Shown here: positions 31,101 through 32,000 of the stretch, piece by piece | Position numbering within the stretch: position 1 is the stretch's first letter | Layout of the letters: every line of letters begins with the position of its first letter | Assembly: GCF_000025685.1 (NCBI RefSeq) | Contig: NC_013964.1 | Span: forward strand, 30,001-62,000 | From: Haloferax volcanii DS2 | GTDB taxonomy: Archaea; Halobacteriota; Halobacteria; Halobacteriales; Haloferacaceae | Direction: 5' to 3' | DNA length: 32,000 bases | The notes under the pieces: model-generated | The model's input: only the letters and a program-made list of their open reading frames with translations | What the model was told of the DNA's origin: nothing | Database searches by the model: none | Program-made: the position numbers and the translations under genes

Positions 31101-32000
31101 GCGCGACCGACAGCGCGAGTTCGAAGCCCATCACGCCCGTGTCGCTCGACTCGTACCGGCTTCGAGAGCGCATGGTCGTGATGGCCTGCAACACGGGGAC
31201 GCCGAGTTCGGTGAGGAACACGTCTTCGGCGGCCGACCCCTCGTCGTCGGCGTCGCGGCCCCGCTCGCTCATCGACAGCGAGAACATGAAGGAGCTGACG
31301 ACGGCGTCGACGACGGGGCCGTCGTCGTCCGAAAACCAGTTCCGGGCGACCCACTCGGCGTTCTCCTGTCCCTCCTCGTCGGTCGCGGGGTTGCAGAACG
31401 CGGGTAAGACGTTCGCGCCGAGCGATTCGAGGCGCTCCACGAGCGCGTCCACGTACCGGGTGTTCGCGTGCGTCCAGTGGGACTCGTAGAACCAGACGCC
31501 GATGGTCGGCTTGTCCGGGTCGTGCGTGTCGAGCAGTTCGTCGTACTCGACGCCGGGGTAGTCGGGGTGGTAGACGCCCTCTGTCGGGAGTTCGACAGGG
31601 TCGTCGACCTCGGTCTCGACGCCGGCGTACTCGGCGGCGAGGAACCGACAGAGGTTCTCGACGTTCACCGCGCCGCCGCGGTCGAGGTACTCGCAGACGC
31701 GCTCGCGGTCCGCGTCGGCGACGGTCGTGTCCCGGCGAGCGAAGGCGTCGCCCGTGGCCTTGACGACGAGCGGCACGCCCGCCGCTTCGAGTCGTTCGAC
31801 CGCGTGGTCGTAGCCGGGCATGCTGTCTTCGGCCCCGTGGAGCCAGAAGACGGCCGCCGTCGTCGACTCCAACTCGTCGACGAAGGCGTCCGCGTCGCTC
31901 ACGTCGTCCAAGTCGCTCGCGGAGCGGACGACGAGGTCGATTCCGTCGAGTCGGCGCGCGGCCCGCTGGACCGCGCCCAACTCGTTTTCGGTCGCTGTGT
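28168..32000 (-). CDS. cobN: cobaltochelatase subunit CobN (large subunit); N-terminus lies beyond the window edge
   Basis: More than 1270 aa of CobN/Mg-chelatase H-family sequence. The frame stays open from 31980 to the window end (upstream codons read ..TATENE before the listed Met), so the true start is outside the window. Confidence 0.9.
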   Translation of the reverse strand, partial: TATENELGAVQRAARRLDGIDLVVRSASDLDDVSDADAFVDELESTTAAVFWLHGAEDSMPGYDHAVERLEAAGVPLVVKATGDAFARRDTTVADADRERVCEYLDRGGAVNVENLCRFLAAEYAGVETEVDDPVELPTEGVYHPDYPGVEYDELLDTHDPDKPTIGVWFYESHWTHANTRYVDALVERLESLGANVLPAFCNPATDEEGQENAEWVARNWFSDDDGPVVDAVVSSFMFSLSMSERGRDADDEGSAAEDVFLTELGVPVLQAITTMRSRSRYESSDTGVMGFELALSVALPEFDGNVITHPISGKERMEDEAGVGSAPKQHFPIEDRVDHVARLAVNWARLRHLPNDEKNVAVVLHNYPPSDDGIGTAFGMDSPESTVNLLSELRERGYAVGDLPADGQALIDDLTSQLTLDDRWVAPEDVRDLSVDVVAPDQYADWFADADDRFRDNVVEEWGDPPERPFAIPGVEFENVLVTVQPPRGFGMDPSKVYHDSDLQPPHDYVAFYAWLRESFEADAVVHLGTHGSLEWLPGKTVGLNGESAPDQLVSDLPNVYPYIINNPGEGTQAKRRSYAAIVDYLTPVMRTAGTYDDLADLEELAREYREAGMDEARPERGDQLRELLVDAVDDLDLAAELGFDDAEAIRGADGDVGSDEAEVEFDELVERVHEYLTDVKTTQIRMGLHTMGEPPANDRLVEYLVALTRLPNADTPSLRESVAGVMGVDYDRMRDEPGTYDDDLGMYLSEAADRVYDQCVELVSALAERDFDVPESEVDAGPDDEVNMNLLVVDIDQLGDARAKRGAHDDLREVLAFICDEAAPRVAAAENEIPQTADALDGEYVRPGGSGAPTRGGVDLLPTGRNFYTLDPRKVPAKPAWSVGERVAEGVLDRHYDDHGEYPEEFGVVAWGTPTVRTRGETIAQVLAFMGVEPVWTDAGRVDDVEPIPLDDLDRPRIDVTTRVSGLFRDAFPQAASVVNDAVDAVVDLDEPHEMNYVKKHVEEDAAEFESEGVDPDEAETLAKHRVFTTTPGGYGAGTNKAVDEGEWDDRSDLADVFVQWGGYALGSRGKVTEAHDAFERRLSGVEATVKIEDTAEQDEFDSSDWYAFHGGFVSAVGEISGSDPASYVGDSSDPDNVSVYTNEEKVRKAMRARVLNPDWLDSMEEHGYKGAGDLSTTVDVALGWDATTGVVSDTLWEHLADAYAFDEDRQEWLRDVNPWALESITATFLEAIDRDLWDADDDVRERLQDINLSVEGDLEANTTNAMTQTQSND

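Noticed and set aside
16199-31407. Long antisense or off-frame ORFs across the siderophore and cobalamin genes: 16199..18184(+), 16359..17474(-), 18172..19701(+), 19647..20519(+), 20213..21979(+), 20406..21383(-), 22006..22743(+), 22574..23506(-), 23700..24959(+), 25351..26610(+), 28180..31407(+), 29381..30613(-).
   Set aside because: Same reasoning as above: they are shadow ORFs with biased composition, and each is fully explained by a motif-bearing gene in another frame or on the other strand.
1-32000. A search by eye for CRISPR repeats, tRNA/rRNA genes, transposases, integrases, toxin-antitoxin pairs or defence-system genes.
   Set aside because: No regularly spaced direct repeats were seen, no cloverleaf-like or rRNA-like segments, and no ORF with transposase, integrase, nuclease or defence motifs. 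The window is metabolic: pentose catabolism, siderophore synthesis and cobalamin synthesis.

Overview
High-GC haloarchaeal DNA, densely coding. Gene content and order match, from memory, the Haloferax volcanii megaplasmid pHV3 region HVO_B0027 to HVO_B0050 or a close relative; no alignment was run. There are three functional modules. (1) 1-15708: the oxidative D-xylose/L-arabinose (Weimberg-type) catabolic island. It holds xacE, xacA, a second Gfo/Idh/MocA oxidoreductase, lactonase xacC, an SDR, xacB, the CUT1 ABC transporter xacGHIJK, xacD, xacF and the IclR regulator xacR. (2) 16367-24941: a six-gene NRPS-independent siderophore operon on the minus strand, dat-bdb-iucA-iucB-iucD-iucC, collinear with bacterial rhbABCDEF. 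It is followed at 25399-26601 by a solitary Tat-lipoprotein iron/siderophore binding protein. (3) 26690-32000: cobalamin genes cbiE-like, cbiC and cobN, with cobN running off the window. I saw no rRNA, tRNA, CRISPR array, transposase or integrase. The most interesting unannotated signal is a TTTAGG-N4-CCTAAA palindrome present four times between 24994 and 26656. Three copies sit between a TATA-like box and an ATG or transcription start on the minus strand. They lie upstream of dat, upstream of the binding protein, and at an orphan promoter that would drive a roughly 255-nt transcript with a 35-codon ORF in the gap between them. The motif resembles a shortened DtxR/IdeR iron box. Secondary signals are two families of shared promoter elements in the xac regulon, a roughly 650-bp low-GC non-coding spacer at the pentose/siderophore junction, a 39-nt pure polypyrimidine tract, and chains of start/stop overlaps. 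Most long ORFs in the six-frame track are high-GC shadow ORFs and are rejected.
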